Part shown: positions 38,006 to 47,400 of the stretch, piece by piece
How positions within the stretch are numbered: the first letter of the stretch is position 1
Layout: each line of letters opens with the position of its first letter
Assembly: GCA_041666045.1 (NCBI GenBank)
Contig: JBAYHR010000004.1
Span: 4,996-68,995, forward strand
Direction of reading: 5' to 3'
Source: Minisyncoccota bacterium
GTDB taxonomy: Bacteria > Patescibacteriota > Minisyncoccia > Phycocordibacterales > UBA9973
Length of the DNA stretch: 64,000 bases
Position numbers and translations under genes: made by a program
Notes under the pieces: model-generated
The model's database searches: none
Told to the model about the DNA's origin: nothing
The model's input: the letters and a program-made list of their open reading frames with translations, nothing else

Positions 38006-39859
38006 CTAATTCTTGCGAGAGAGAAAAACAAAGCGATAGTTGCCACTCCACCTGTCGCCTAAATTCCCATCATAGCTGTCAAGCCACAACCCATCGCCAT
38101 AGCATTCCACACCGAAAATCCTAGGACCGCCATCGCGATCAGCAATAGAATCCATCGCAATTCTTAACCATTCTCCCATAAGTTGATCTTTATAATTAAG
38201 TCTAAGCTCTGGACCAACTTGTGGTGGACATAATTCTAAACCAAGTTTTTTTGCTTTATTGTATATTTCTTTTAAAGTAGCTCCATTTGGAAAACCGAGT
38301 TGTTCTATTGAAAATGAAACTAGATTAATTTTTTCTTTTTGTTTTAATGGCTCTATTTTATTTAACATATCTTGAGCATAAGAATATATTTTCATTCCTT
38401 GTACTTTTATTTCTTTTGTATATTCTTCTGATGTTTTAGTTGTAAGTTCTATATTTTTTCTAAATATTTTCTTTTCAGGAAATGATTCATATAAATATTC
38501 AATATTTTTTGGAATCTTTTTTGCAATTTCCGGATTCCATTCTCCTATATATGCTTTAGTATTTTCGTTTATTTCATCTTTATTATATGCAATCTGTTCT
38601 GAATTGCATTCAAAAATAATTGATGCATCTTCTTTGATATTTCTTTGTTTTCTTAATTCTAAAATTCGTGGATCTTTTTCATAACCAAAACTTGAAATAG
38701 AATCATTCATCTCATATAGAAAAACTAAATCTTGTTTGGTAAATTGTTCATTCTTTTCTTGTTTTTTAACAAGCTCAGTCACTTTTTTCATATCATTTGA
38801 TTTTTTATCAAATTTTTCTCCACCCGGCAAAGAATGATATTTTTCTTGTGCAGTATCTATCAAAACAGGTTCTAATTCTTGTCGGTGATTCACTCCACGC
38901 ACTTCTGCTATTTCATCTCCTTGCATTCTAATTGCAATTCTGGGCTCAGAATAATTACCAGCTGTTCCTTTAGTGTAATAAACATAAAAATCACCACCTT
39001 GCAGATGACTTGGCGCGCTTCCTTCGGCTGTACACCAGCCTGTGCCTTTGCCACGAAGTGCATTTTCTAAAATATGATAATCAGAACCTTGATCATATTT
39101 TACCCATTCACCTTTTAATGATTCACGATTTAATGTTCCAGCTGTTTCTATTTGAGCAAAAGTGTAAAGTTTTACAAAATCTTTCTTTTCTATCATCTTT
39201 TCTAAATCAGCTCTTTTTTGTTTTTGATCTTCCCCTGTGAATTCTTGGCTACCGATACCAGTAGTTAGCATTCTGTAAACAAAACCAAGCGCTTCGGAAT
39301 TTATTTCTGGAAATGGAGCAATTGTATAATCTGTGCGTTTACTATACTCTCCTTTTTCTTTATTAAGAGTTCCCATTTTAGACAAATTGCGAACAATAAA
39401 ATACCGAAACCAAGTCGGATATTCTGCATCGTTTTGTTTTAAGTAATCAAGCCAGCCATTTAATGATTTTACTTGAATTTCTCTTTTTTCTTTAGCAAGA
39501 TTTTCATAACCTTTTATTAGCTCATCATTATCTTCCAACTTCATTATTTCATTGCTTCTGCCTTGTTCTATTGCAATTCTTTTTTCTGATTCATAAAGAC
39601 CAACAGCGATTTTTGTAAGTGTATCTTCATCTTTAGTGTCTATGGCTAAATCTTTTATTATTTTATTTTTTAGTAATTCCCAACCTCGCTCGTCTTCCAC
39701 TATTTTATCAAGACGATCTAAATACGCTTCTATTCTTTCATCACGAGAATGCGGAGCAAATTTTCTTTCTGGATCTTTTTTAGCTTTTTCTACTGCTCGA
39801 ACAACCGGTTTTGAACCCGGTAAATCTGAATATTTTTGTTCAAGAAAATTCTTTTTCAT
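38006..39859 (-). CDS. DGR target protein with C-terminal variable (CLec/FGE-like) region
   Basis: 617 aa, no signal peptide; C-terminus ...GVECYGDGLWLDSYDGNLGDRWSGNYRFVFLSRKN is encoded by the VR. Confidence 0.8.
   Translation of the reverse strand: MKKNFLEQKYSDLPGSKPVVRAVEKAKKDPERKFAPHSRDERIEAYLDRLDKIVEDERGWELLKNKIIKDLAIDTKDEDTLTKIAVGLYESEKRIAIEQGRSNEIMKLEDNDELIKGYENLAKEKREIQVKSLNGWLDYLKQNDAEYPTWFRYFIVRNLSKMGTLNKEKGEYSKRTDYTIAPFPEINSEALGFVYRMLTTGIGSQEFTGEDQKQKRADLEKMIEKKDFVKLYTFAQIETAGTLNRESLKGEWVKYDQGSDYHILENALRGKGTGWCTAEGSAPSHLQGGDFYVYYTKGTAGNYSEPRIAIRMQGDEIAEVRGVNHRQELEPVLIDTAQEKYHSLPGGEKFDKKSNDMKKVTELVKKQEKNEQFTKQDLVFLYEMNDSISSFGYEKDPRILELRKQRNIKEDASIIFECNSEQIAYNKDEINENTKAYIGEWNPEIAKKIPKNIEYLYESFPEKKIFRKNIELTTKTSEEYTKEIKVQGMKIYSYAQDMLNKIEPLKQKEKINLVSFSIEQLGFPNGATLKEIYNKAKKLGLELCPPQVGPELRLNYKDQLMGEWLRIAMDSIADRDGGPRIFGVECYGDGLWLDSYDGNLGDRWSGNYRFVFLSRKN
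38013..38145 (-). repeat. DGR variable repeat (VR) at the 3' end of the target gene
   Basis: About 17 substitutions relative to the TR, all at TR adenines (13 A->G, 4 A->T in coding sense); the 3'-terminal ~30 nt are identical (IMH-like). Confidence 0.85.
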
Positions 39860-39903
39860 ATTTTTATATTACCATATAATTTATAAAAATCCAGCGTTTA
39901 AAA

Positions 39904-39932
39904 TCACAAATTCCTTTCTGCTTCAATAAACA
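39904..39932 (-). repeat. 29-bp direct repeat (copy at prfB 3' end)
   Basis: Identical to 36141-36169. Confidence 0.85.
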
Positions 39933-40791
39933 AATCCAAATCTCCTTCTAAAACTTCATCAACATTTGAAGTTTCAACTAGAGTCCTATGATCCTTAACC
40001 ATTTTATATGGATGAAGCACATAAGAACGAATTTGACTTCCCCATTCTATTTCTGTGCCTTTGGAAATCTTCATACTTTCTTCTATGCTCTTTTTTTCTT
40101 CTTGCGCCTTTTTAAAAATCTTTGCCCGGAGAATATTCATGGCTTGCTCACGATTTTGTTCCTGAGAACGTTCTCCTGAAGCGTGAACAGAAATATTTGT
40201 AGGAATATGTACTATGCGTACTGCTGTTTCCCTTTTATTTACATTTTGTCCGCCTGGTCCTCCAGCACGAGCAAATTCTATTTTTAAATCAGCTGGAGGT
40301 ATTATAAAATCTTTCTCTTCTAATTTTGAAAATTTTGGCAAAACTTCAATTAAAGAAAAAGAAGTATGCCTTAACTTTTTTGCATTAAAAGGAGAAATCC
40401 TAACCAAACGATGCACCCCACTTTCATTTTTCAAATTCCCATAAACCCCCTTACCATCTATTTCAAAAGAAACATTTCTATATCCGCCATGATCATTTTT
40501 GTGTTCGTGTATAAAAGAAATGTTCCAACCTTTTTTATCAGCATACTTCATATACATATCCAAAAGCATTTTAGAAAAATCTTCCGCGTCATCTCCTCCT
40601 GCGCCAGAAATTATAGTCAAAATAGCATTACCTTTATCATATTTACCAAAACCTTGTTTCTTATTTTTTAAATCTTCTAATTCTTTTAGAGTTGTCTGCG
40701 CTTTATTTTTATCAGCCCAAAAGTTAGGACTTAACATTTCTTCCTCCAATTCTTTTATTTTTTGTTCTATTTTATTTTTTTCTTCATCCAT
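39904..40791 (-). CDS. prfB: Peptide chain release factor 2 (short N-terminus, no programmed frameshift detected)
   Basis: SPF tripeptide, GGQ ([15 protein letters not shown]), [11 protein letters not shown]; 295 aa; a terminator lies directly upstream, so no frame-0 leader exon. Confidence 0.8.
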   Translation of the reverse strand: MDEEKNKIEQKIKELEEEMLSPNFWADKNKAQTTLKELEDLKNKKQGFGKYDKGNAILTIISGAGGDDAEDFSKMLLDMYMKYADKKGWNISFIHEHKNDHGGYRNVSFEIDGKGVYGNLKNESGVHRLVRISPFNAKKLRHTSFSLIEVLPKFSKLEEKDFIIPPADLKIEFARAGGPGGQNVNKRETAVRIVHIPTNISVHASGERSQEQNREQAMNILRAKIFKKAQEEKKSIEESMKISKGTEIEWGSQIRSYVLHPYKMVKDHRTLVETSNVDEVLEGDLDLFIEAERNL

Positions 40792-40827
40792 ATATAGATT
40801 ATAACTAATTTTAATAGATATAAAAAC

Positions 40828-40860
40828 AACTCAGAAAAGACAAAGCTTCTCTGAGTTATT
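40828..40860 (-). terminator. Rho-independent terminator
   Basis: aactcagaaaag / cttctctgagtt stem (1 mismatch) with T-rich tail on the minus strand. Confidence 0.55.
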
Positions 40861-40900
40861 AAATTCTACTTATGAATTAGTGACACAGTTAGAGTTGGTT

Positions 40901-41617
40901 TTAAATAAAAGAAACACACGGATAATTTTTTGCAAAAAAATTATCACTAAGTTCTAGTAATCTTTTTTTTCTGCTTAAATACCCTTCGCCAAGGGTAGTA
41001 AACATTAAAGGAATTGACGAATGCAGGTTAAAGTGTTTATCGGCAATTCGCTGTTGGTAAATAAGATTTTTATTTTTTATTCCTTTCAGTTGGAGTGGCA
41101 TTATGCCACTATTCCACTCTACCTGAAAATCAATACCAATATGATCATACTGATAATCGCATGTTAAATTTTTAAAACTAACACAAGATTTATTATTTGA
41201 CTTAAAAAGTGGCAAAAATTTCATATAATCATATTCTATTTCTATGCCAAAATATGCATTCTTTATTGAATTTATTAATAAATCTTTTAAATGATTTTTA
41301 GAAACAGAAGGTAAAATAATTCTGTTAAAATCATTTATATAAATCCCAAGAAATTTATTTTTTAATGAAAATCTAAAAAATAATTTCAAGTATTTTGTTT
41401 CAGCGAAAAAGATTTTATATAAGATAATAAATTCATTATCATGTATAGGCTTGCATTTTTTTACAAAAAAAATCATTTTATCATGATATAATTCTTTAAA
41501 AATTTCTGAAATTGGCAACATTTGCACATTTTCTACACTCTTTTTTATAAGAGGAAATTTGTGTTCCTTTAAGATTATCATTAAAGGTGGAACATAAAAA
41601 TCTTTATTTTTTTTCAT
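40901..41617 (-). CDS. Hypothetical protein
   Basis: 238-aa ORF. Confidence 0.35.
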   Translation of the reverse strand: MKKNKDFYVPPLMIILKEHKFPLIKKSVENVQMLPISEIFKELYHDKMIFFVKKCKPIHDNEFIILYKIFFAETKYLKLFFRFSLKNKFLGIYINDFNRIILPSVSKNHLKDLLINSIKNAYFGIEIEYDYMKFLPLFKSNNKSCVSFKNLTCDYQYDHIGIDFQVEWNSGIMPLQLKGIKNKNLIYQQRIADKHFNLHSSIPLMFTTLGEGYLSRKKRLLELSDNFFAKNYPCVSFI

Positions 41618-41779
41618 ATATTATAGTTTTTTAAATTTACAGGTTTATTAGACTATAACAATTTTATAAGTTTCTGTCAAATTTTTAACGCCACTATTTT
41701 TTTATATCTTCTGCAAGTCTAATATTATAACTAATTTTAGTATAAAAAAATAAAGCCGTTTGTTATAAAACATTCGACT

Positions 41780-42037
41780 TTATTTAAAGCAAAACAAATA
41801 TTCTCTCTTACCTTCTTTTTCTAGGGTATGCCATTCTCCTGAAAAATTTAAGATAGGATACTTTTTTTTAAGTTCATCTCCCATTTCCCAAATAACATCT
41901 GTATCAATATAAATTCCCTTATCAATTATTGGGATGCGAACACATTTATTTTCTTTATCTAAAAAACTTTTTTCTATATCCCAACGCTCTTCTTTAAATG
42001 TTTCTTTTTTTATTTGATTTAATTTTCCTTCTTTCAT
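41780..42037 (-). CDS. Hypothetical protein
   Basis: 85-aa ORF. Confidence 0.3.
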   Translation of the reverse strand: MKEGKLNQIKKETFKEERWDIEKSFLDKENKCVRIPIIDKGIYIDTDVIWEMGDELKKKYPILNFSGEWHTLEKEGKREYLFCFK

Positions 42038-42119
42038 AATAAGAAATTTAAATTATTTAACAACTATATTATCTATTTTTATACTATCATTATAAATAAA
42101 AAAATCAAAAAATACTTTG

Positions 42120-42192
42120 AGCCATCCCCGAGGATCGAACTCGGGACCCCGTCTTTACGAAAGACGTGCTCTACCAACTGAGCTAGGATGGC
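42120..42192 (-). tRNA. tRNA-Thr (anticodon CGT)
   Basis: Manual fold of the reverse complement: acceptor GCCATCC/GGATGGC, anticodon stem CGTCT/AGACG with loop TTCGTAA, T-arm CCGAG-TTCGATC-CTCGG; no encoded CCA. Confidence 0.8.
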
Positions 42193-42367
42193 AAAACTGA
42201 GTGGTTTTATGATTCCGCTAGAACCTACTTTACCAAAAATCCAATAGAAACGCCAAATCTAAAATTTGAGCTATATTTTTGTCGTCGGGCATAAATTAAT
42301 TATATCAGAAATTAAAATATATCTGATATCTTTTTTATTCTACAAAGAAAATGATATACTAAATCAT

Positions 42368-43237
42368 ATGTGGCAAAAACTTTCTAACATATTAAAATCT
42401 TCTTTCAGTGTAATCTCAATTATTATTGTGCTAGTTGTTTGGTCTACCGTTTCATATTTAGGAATATCTTTTGGTAAAGAATTTTTTTCTAATGCTGACA
42501 CTTCTAGTGTTGAGGAATCATCTGAAAATGAAGATTGTAATGTTTATGGAATAAATATTCATGGTGATGTTGTCACATACCATAGTAATGACGCTTATAA
42601 TGATCAAGATAAATTAATCCTTGACCAAACTTCTGCTGATGAAGTGGAGTGGGCTATAGACAAAGCCGAAAATACAGACACAGTAAAAGCTATTCTTATA
42701 GAAATAGATTCAAGTGGTGGCTATGGTGAAGCAGGAGAAGAAATGATGCGAGTTTTCAAAGAATCTCAAAAACCAGTAGTAGCCTTTATTCGCGGTCAGG
42801 GTTTGTCGGCAGCCTATTTAGCGGCAACGGGAGCAGAAACTATTTTTGCATCTAAATTCTCTGATGTTGGAAGTATTGGTATCACTATGTCCTATTTACA
42901 AAATACAGAAAAGAATAAAAAGGACGGGTTGACTTATATAGATCTAAGTTCAGGAATATATAAAGATTCCGGTAGTCCAAATCGTCCAATAACTGATGCT
43001 GAAAAACAAATTTTTATGCGAGATGTTAAAATAGCTCACGAATATTTTGTAAATCTTGTAGCACAAAATCGTAATTTAGATATTGAAAAAGTAAAAGCCT
43101 TAGCCGATGGCTCTAGTGTGATGGGTGAACAAGCTCTCAAAAATGGTCTGATAGATAAAATTGGATTATTCCCAGATGTAGAAAATTTCCTCACAGAAAA
43201 AATAGGTGCTCCGATTACAGTTTGTTGGCAGAATTAG
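42368..43237 (+). CDS. sppA: Signal peptide peptidase SppA (S49 family), membrane anchored
   Basis: N-terminal TM; ClpP/crotonase-like core with Ser-Lys dyad region (GLSAAYLAATGAETIFAS...SIGI). Confidence 0.7.
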   Translation: MWQKLSNILKSSFSVISIIIVLVVWSTVSYLGISFGKEFFSNADTSSVEESSENEDCNVYGINIHGDVVTYHSNDAYNDQDKLILDQTSADEVEWAIDKAENTDTVKAILIEIDSSGGYGEAGEEMMRVFKESQKPVVAFIRGQGLSAAYLAATGAETIFASKFSDVGSIGITMSYLQNTEKNKKDGLTYIDLSSGIYKDSGSPNRPITDAEKQIFMRDVKIAHEYFVNLVAQNRNLDIEKVKALADGSSVMGEQALKNGLIDKIGLFPDVENFLTEKIGAPITVCWQN

Positions 43238-43275
43238 AAAGTGATTTTTATAACTCTTGCCAAAGTTTGATTTAG

Positions 43276-43310
43276 CGAAATCATGTCGCGCAACCGTCCT
43301 TATAGCGCGA
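43276..43310. repeat. GC-rich repeat, family A copy 1 (TTTGATTTAGCGAAATCATGTCGCGCAACCGTCC)
   Basis: Near-identical copy 71 bp downstream and a third copy at 20641. Confidence 0.6.
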
Positions 43311-43346
43311 CCTGTTCGTCAACATCTAGTCCAGTTGTCTGATTTT

Positions 43347-43381
43347 GCGAAATCATGCCGCGCAATCGTCCATCAAAGCGT
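43347..43381. repeat. GC-rich repeat, family A copy 2
   Basis: About 90% identical to copy 1. Confidence 0.6.
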
Positions 43382-43397
43382 GGCCCTTGCTAAGCAA

Positions 43398-43426
43398 GGA
43401 CGGTCCTTGCTATCCAAATGATTTTT
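43398..43426. repeat. 29-bp direct repeat TGCTAAGCAAGGACGGTCCTTGCTATCCA (candidate att, copy 1)
   Basis: Exact second copy at 48410-48438; contains the 19-bp palindrome AGCAAGGACGGTCCTTGCT. Confidence 0.7.
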
Positions 43427-43545
43427 TATCCACAGCCCAATTTATAATCATTGCACTTTTACTATTAAAAAACATAAAAATATATCATCAAAATAATTTT
43501 AAAGACGCTATTAAGATGCATAACTCTTTTTAAAAACCTAGACTT

Positions 43546-44019
43546 ATGCTATATTGTAAACTACCTAAAAGTATGACTATAGAAGATATAAAACCAGACG
43601 AAGAACCAACATCTCCACAAGAAACAGGAGAAGTAAAATCCCCCGAAGGTAAAGCCCCTTGGTCTTCTTTAAACTCAATAATTCAAGAGCAAGATATAAA
43701 AAGTGTAAAAGATTTTAAATTAGTTAGTAAAATGTTGCTTGGAGAAATTAATCGTTTAATAAAAGAGGTTGGGCAGTTAAACTCTCTTACAGAAGATTAT
43801 AACAAAAAAAATACTGAATTAGCAGTCTTAAAAGAACGACTAGGGGCTTTCAATGTTAGATCATTTTTATTTTCCATAGGAGGTTTATTGGGTGGTGTCG
43901 CTTTTATACCAAATTTATCAACTAGTCAAGAAATTGGAGTAGTTTTGTTGTGTGTTATATGTTTTATGATAGCTATGTTAAACCCCGATTGGTTAAATAA
44001 TTTGTTTGGTAAAAAATAA
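43546..44019 (+). CDS. Hypothetical protein with C-terminal TM segment
   Basis: ORF only. Confidence 0.35.
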   Translation: MLYCKLPKSMTIEDIKPDEEPTSPQETGEVKSPEGKAPWSSLNSIIQEQDIKSVKDFKLVSKMLLGEINRLIKEVGQLNSLTEDYNKKNTELAVLKERLGAFNVRSFLFSIGGLLGGVAFIPNLSTSQEIGVVLLCVICFMIAMLNPDWLNNLFGKK

Positions 44020-44386
44020 TTTTATGAAATTAAAAATAACAAGAATTATAGATGTTGGAAATAAAGAAAAGGAACGAATTGTCCTTAAGGCTTTAGATGA
44101 TGTTAATGTTGGTAGCTATGTAATTTTTAAATCTAAAAAAATTGGAGAAACAATGGTATCTAATATAATCCCTTACACTTTTTGGTTTAAAGACCAACAG
44201 GTTAAAAAGAATGATTTGGTTGTAGTTTATACAAAAACAGGAATACCTAAATCTATTTTGAATGCTACTGGAAATACTTCACACTTTTTTTATTGGAATC
44301 AAAATAATTTTATATTAAATAACGATAATGATGCTATTGTTTTATTGAATGTTAATGAATGGAATTTAAAATTCGTAAAAGAATAA
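44006..44386 (+). CDS. Hypothetical protein
   Basis: ORF only. Confidence 0.35.
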   Translation: MVKNNFMKLKITRIIDVGNKEKERIVLKALDDVNVGSYVIFKSKKIGETMVSNIIPYTFWFKDQQVKKNDLVVVYTKTGIPKSILNATGNTSHFFYWNQNNFILNNDNDAIVLLNVNEWNLKFVKE

Positions 44387-44475
44387 TAATACCTAGTAAC
44401 AATTTTTAAAGTAAAAAAATGAACTACTTTGATGAAATGTAATTATAGTTATGACACTTAAAAGAGAAAAAGACC

Positions 44476-47400
44476 TTAAATTTCAAGTTTAATGTTACCA
44501 ACAATTTTTTCTTTACCTTCGTCGTCTTCTATCCATTCTGAATATCCAATCCTGAAAAAATTCCACCCTGCGCTTTCTAAAACTTGCTGTCTTTGTATAT
44601 CACTTTCCACATAAATACCATAAGCTTCGTCTATATTATCTTTAAAATGAGTAGGACCATCACATTCAATTGCTAGCTGATTACCATTCTTTAAATTTGT
44701 AATAACAAAGTCAATTTTAAAACCACAACTTTCTACTTGATTTTGAATTGTATACCCCCTACCAAGTTTCTTTTTTAATAAATAATAAAATTCTTCTTCA
44801 AAGAAACTATCAAATTTTTTAAGGGCTAATTTAGAAGCTGAAACCTCTCCGTTATCTCTAACATATTCCAAGTATTTCTTTATCCATATACCATTAGGAA
44901 TTTTCTCAATAGGTAAACTTAAAATACAATGAACTTGTAATCTTGCTCGTGAAAATGCAACGTTCACTCTACCAGCATTTATGTCAGCTTTTATATCTCC
45001 AGTTTCCCCAGTTAATGGAATATACTGCCTTTTTTGAGAAGGGTCTCTAATTACAAAAGAGTAGATTATAATATCTTTTTCGTCTCCCTGTATACCTTCA
45101 ATCACCGCAATTTTTAGCTTTTCGCTTTCTTTAATCCTATTATCTTCAAAAACCTTTCTAATTAGTTCTGCTTGGTCATTAAAAAAAGTTAATACCGCAA
45201 ATGTTTTTCCCTCGTATTTCGGATCATCAACCATTTCTTGATATAGTTCAAAAGCTTTTATAGCTTCAGCTCTATTAGTATTATCACTTATTTCTCCTAC
45301 ACCATTATTTTGAATGTTATGAAGAACCATTATTCGGTTTGTATCTTGGTAGGTTAGATATTTATTATTTAAAGCTATCAAACGTTTACCTTTTGGTTCA
45401 TAAAAGTATTTATTACTAAAACCTATCAACTCCATTGGAGAACGATAATGATATTGGAGTATTTTAGGTATACCAAATCTTGTTTTTGCAATATCTAAAA
45501 CTGATTGAACGGCTGTTCCAGTTGGTTTTATTTGTAAACTTTCAGGAACTTTGAAACGACTAGCAAGTTGGTCAAAGGCATTGTTTGATTTAAACATTAC
45601 GGTGCTATCCCTCATTTGTTCAGGGTCACCTACAAATATAGATTTCTTGGCTCTATACATTGAAGGAATTGTGTAAGCGATATTACATTGAGAAGCTTCG
45701 TCAAACACTACATAATCAAATAAATTTGCCACCAAAGGAATAAGCCGACTAGCGTCGTCTAAATCCATAATCCAAACAGGAACTACATTTAATATGGTCT
45801 CAAAGTTATTTGGGTCGCTCTTTAGTTTATCAAAAGTTTTAAATGCTTTTTTTGATTTTTTAAATGCTTTTTGTAATTCTTGAAGTTTTCTGTATATCTT
45901 AACCTGTGAGACATTTCTCTTGATATTATCTTCTATAATTGCCGACAAATACTGTGAAATAATTTCTTTTCTTGTAATATAATTTTTGCTGGTTACTTCC
46001 TTTTTGAGTTTAGTAATTTCATCAACTAAATTTTTTTGGTCGTGATTTAGCGTAATACGGTCTGATAATTTTACTACTAGTTCAGTAGCTGTTATAGATT
46101 TTTCTTTCAAGAATTTAAATAATTCGGAAAGGTTCTCCCTTGATAAATCTAAATTATCTTCTATTTCTTTAAGAGAAATTTCTAGCTTTTCGTTTTCAAT
46201 GGTTGCTTCCCAATAACTACAAAATCGAAGTAGCTGTTCTAGTTCTTGTGTAGCAATATGGCGAGATATGTCTTTCCCAAGAATAGAATTTATTTCTTCA
46301 TAGATTTCTTTTGGTAATTTGGTTAAATGTGATTTAAGTCGGATCTTTCGGCTCAAATTATTTATGTATCTTCCTAGATTAAATGACCTATCAAAGCCAG
46401 TTTTTTTAACGTCAAGAAGAACGGTTTTAACCAAATCTGAAAAAGCAAAATCAGAAAATAAACCTCTATCAAGATTGTATTTTCTTGAAATCGCTTCCAA
46501 GCTCTCAATTAAGGTATTGTTTTCTGATATTCTTTTTTGTGTTTTTATATATGAACTATGTAATTCTTCAGTAAGGTTTGTTAAAATCTTTTCTTCATTC
46601 AATTCAGGAAGTTCTTGCAAAAAATCATACTCACACTTTTTTTCTTCAAGTTCATACACATTTCTTTCAAGTGCGATAGACCTGTCTCTTTTACTTAAAC
46701 TTTCGTCGGTGGTTTGAGTAAATTCTCCTAAATTTGAATTGTCTTTTATGTTATTTTTTTGAGCGCCGTAAGTATCCAAAGAAGCTAATTGAGACGATAT
46801 TGTGTCACTTTCTTCGTCATTTAATTGCTGAAATTTTACGCTAGGTATGTAGCCAAAAAGTAAAGGCACTTCCAGCGTTTTCAATTTGTCTTTTACAACA
46901 CGCAGGGCTTGTGGCTTTTGACTTACAAATAATACTTTATTCTTATTAACTGCTAAATGTGAAATTATATTGGAAATAGTTTCCGATTTTCCTGTTCCGG
47001 GCGGTCCTTGAATTATGGAAGCTTTATTGCCCAAAAGAGAGGTTGTTGCTCTTTGGAATTTATCGTATGGGAATGGAAAATATAAAGCTTTTTCTTCGCA
47101 AACATCAGAATTGATATTTAAACCTTCTTCTGAAAACCAGCCAGATAGAGAAGTATTTTCTAAAAGTTCTTCTTTTTCTCTTGAAAGTTTTGTTAGGTCT
47201 TCAACTAAAAAGAAATTTGCTCTTGGTGCTAATGTTAATCTCAATTCTTCAAGTGTGAAAGATTTTTCATTGAAAGTTGCTTCGGTTAGTTTCAGCTTTG
47301 CTTTTAAAATATGCCATAAATCTAAAAAAGCTTTTTCGGAAGTAATGGGAATAGAGAACGCTTCCTCGCTTTCCATTTTTACATAATCATTTAAAAATTC

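Noticed and set aside
39904-40900. Programmed +1 frameshift leader for prfB
   Set aside because: It was searched for upstream of the ATG in all frames. A terminator hairpin for the preceding gene occupies that space and there is no CTT-TGA-C site.
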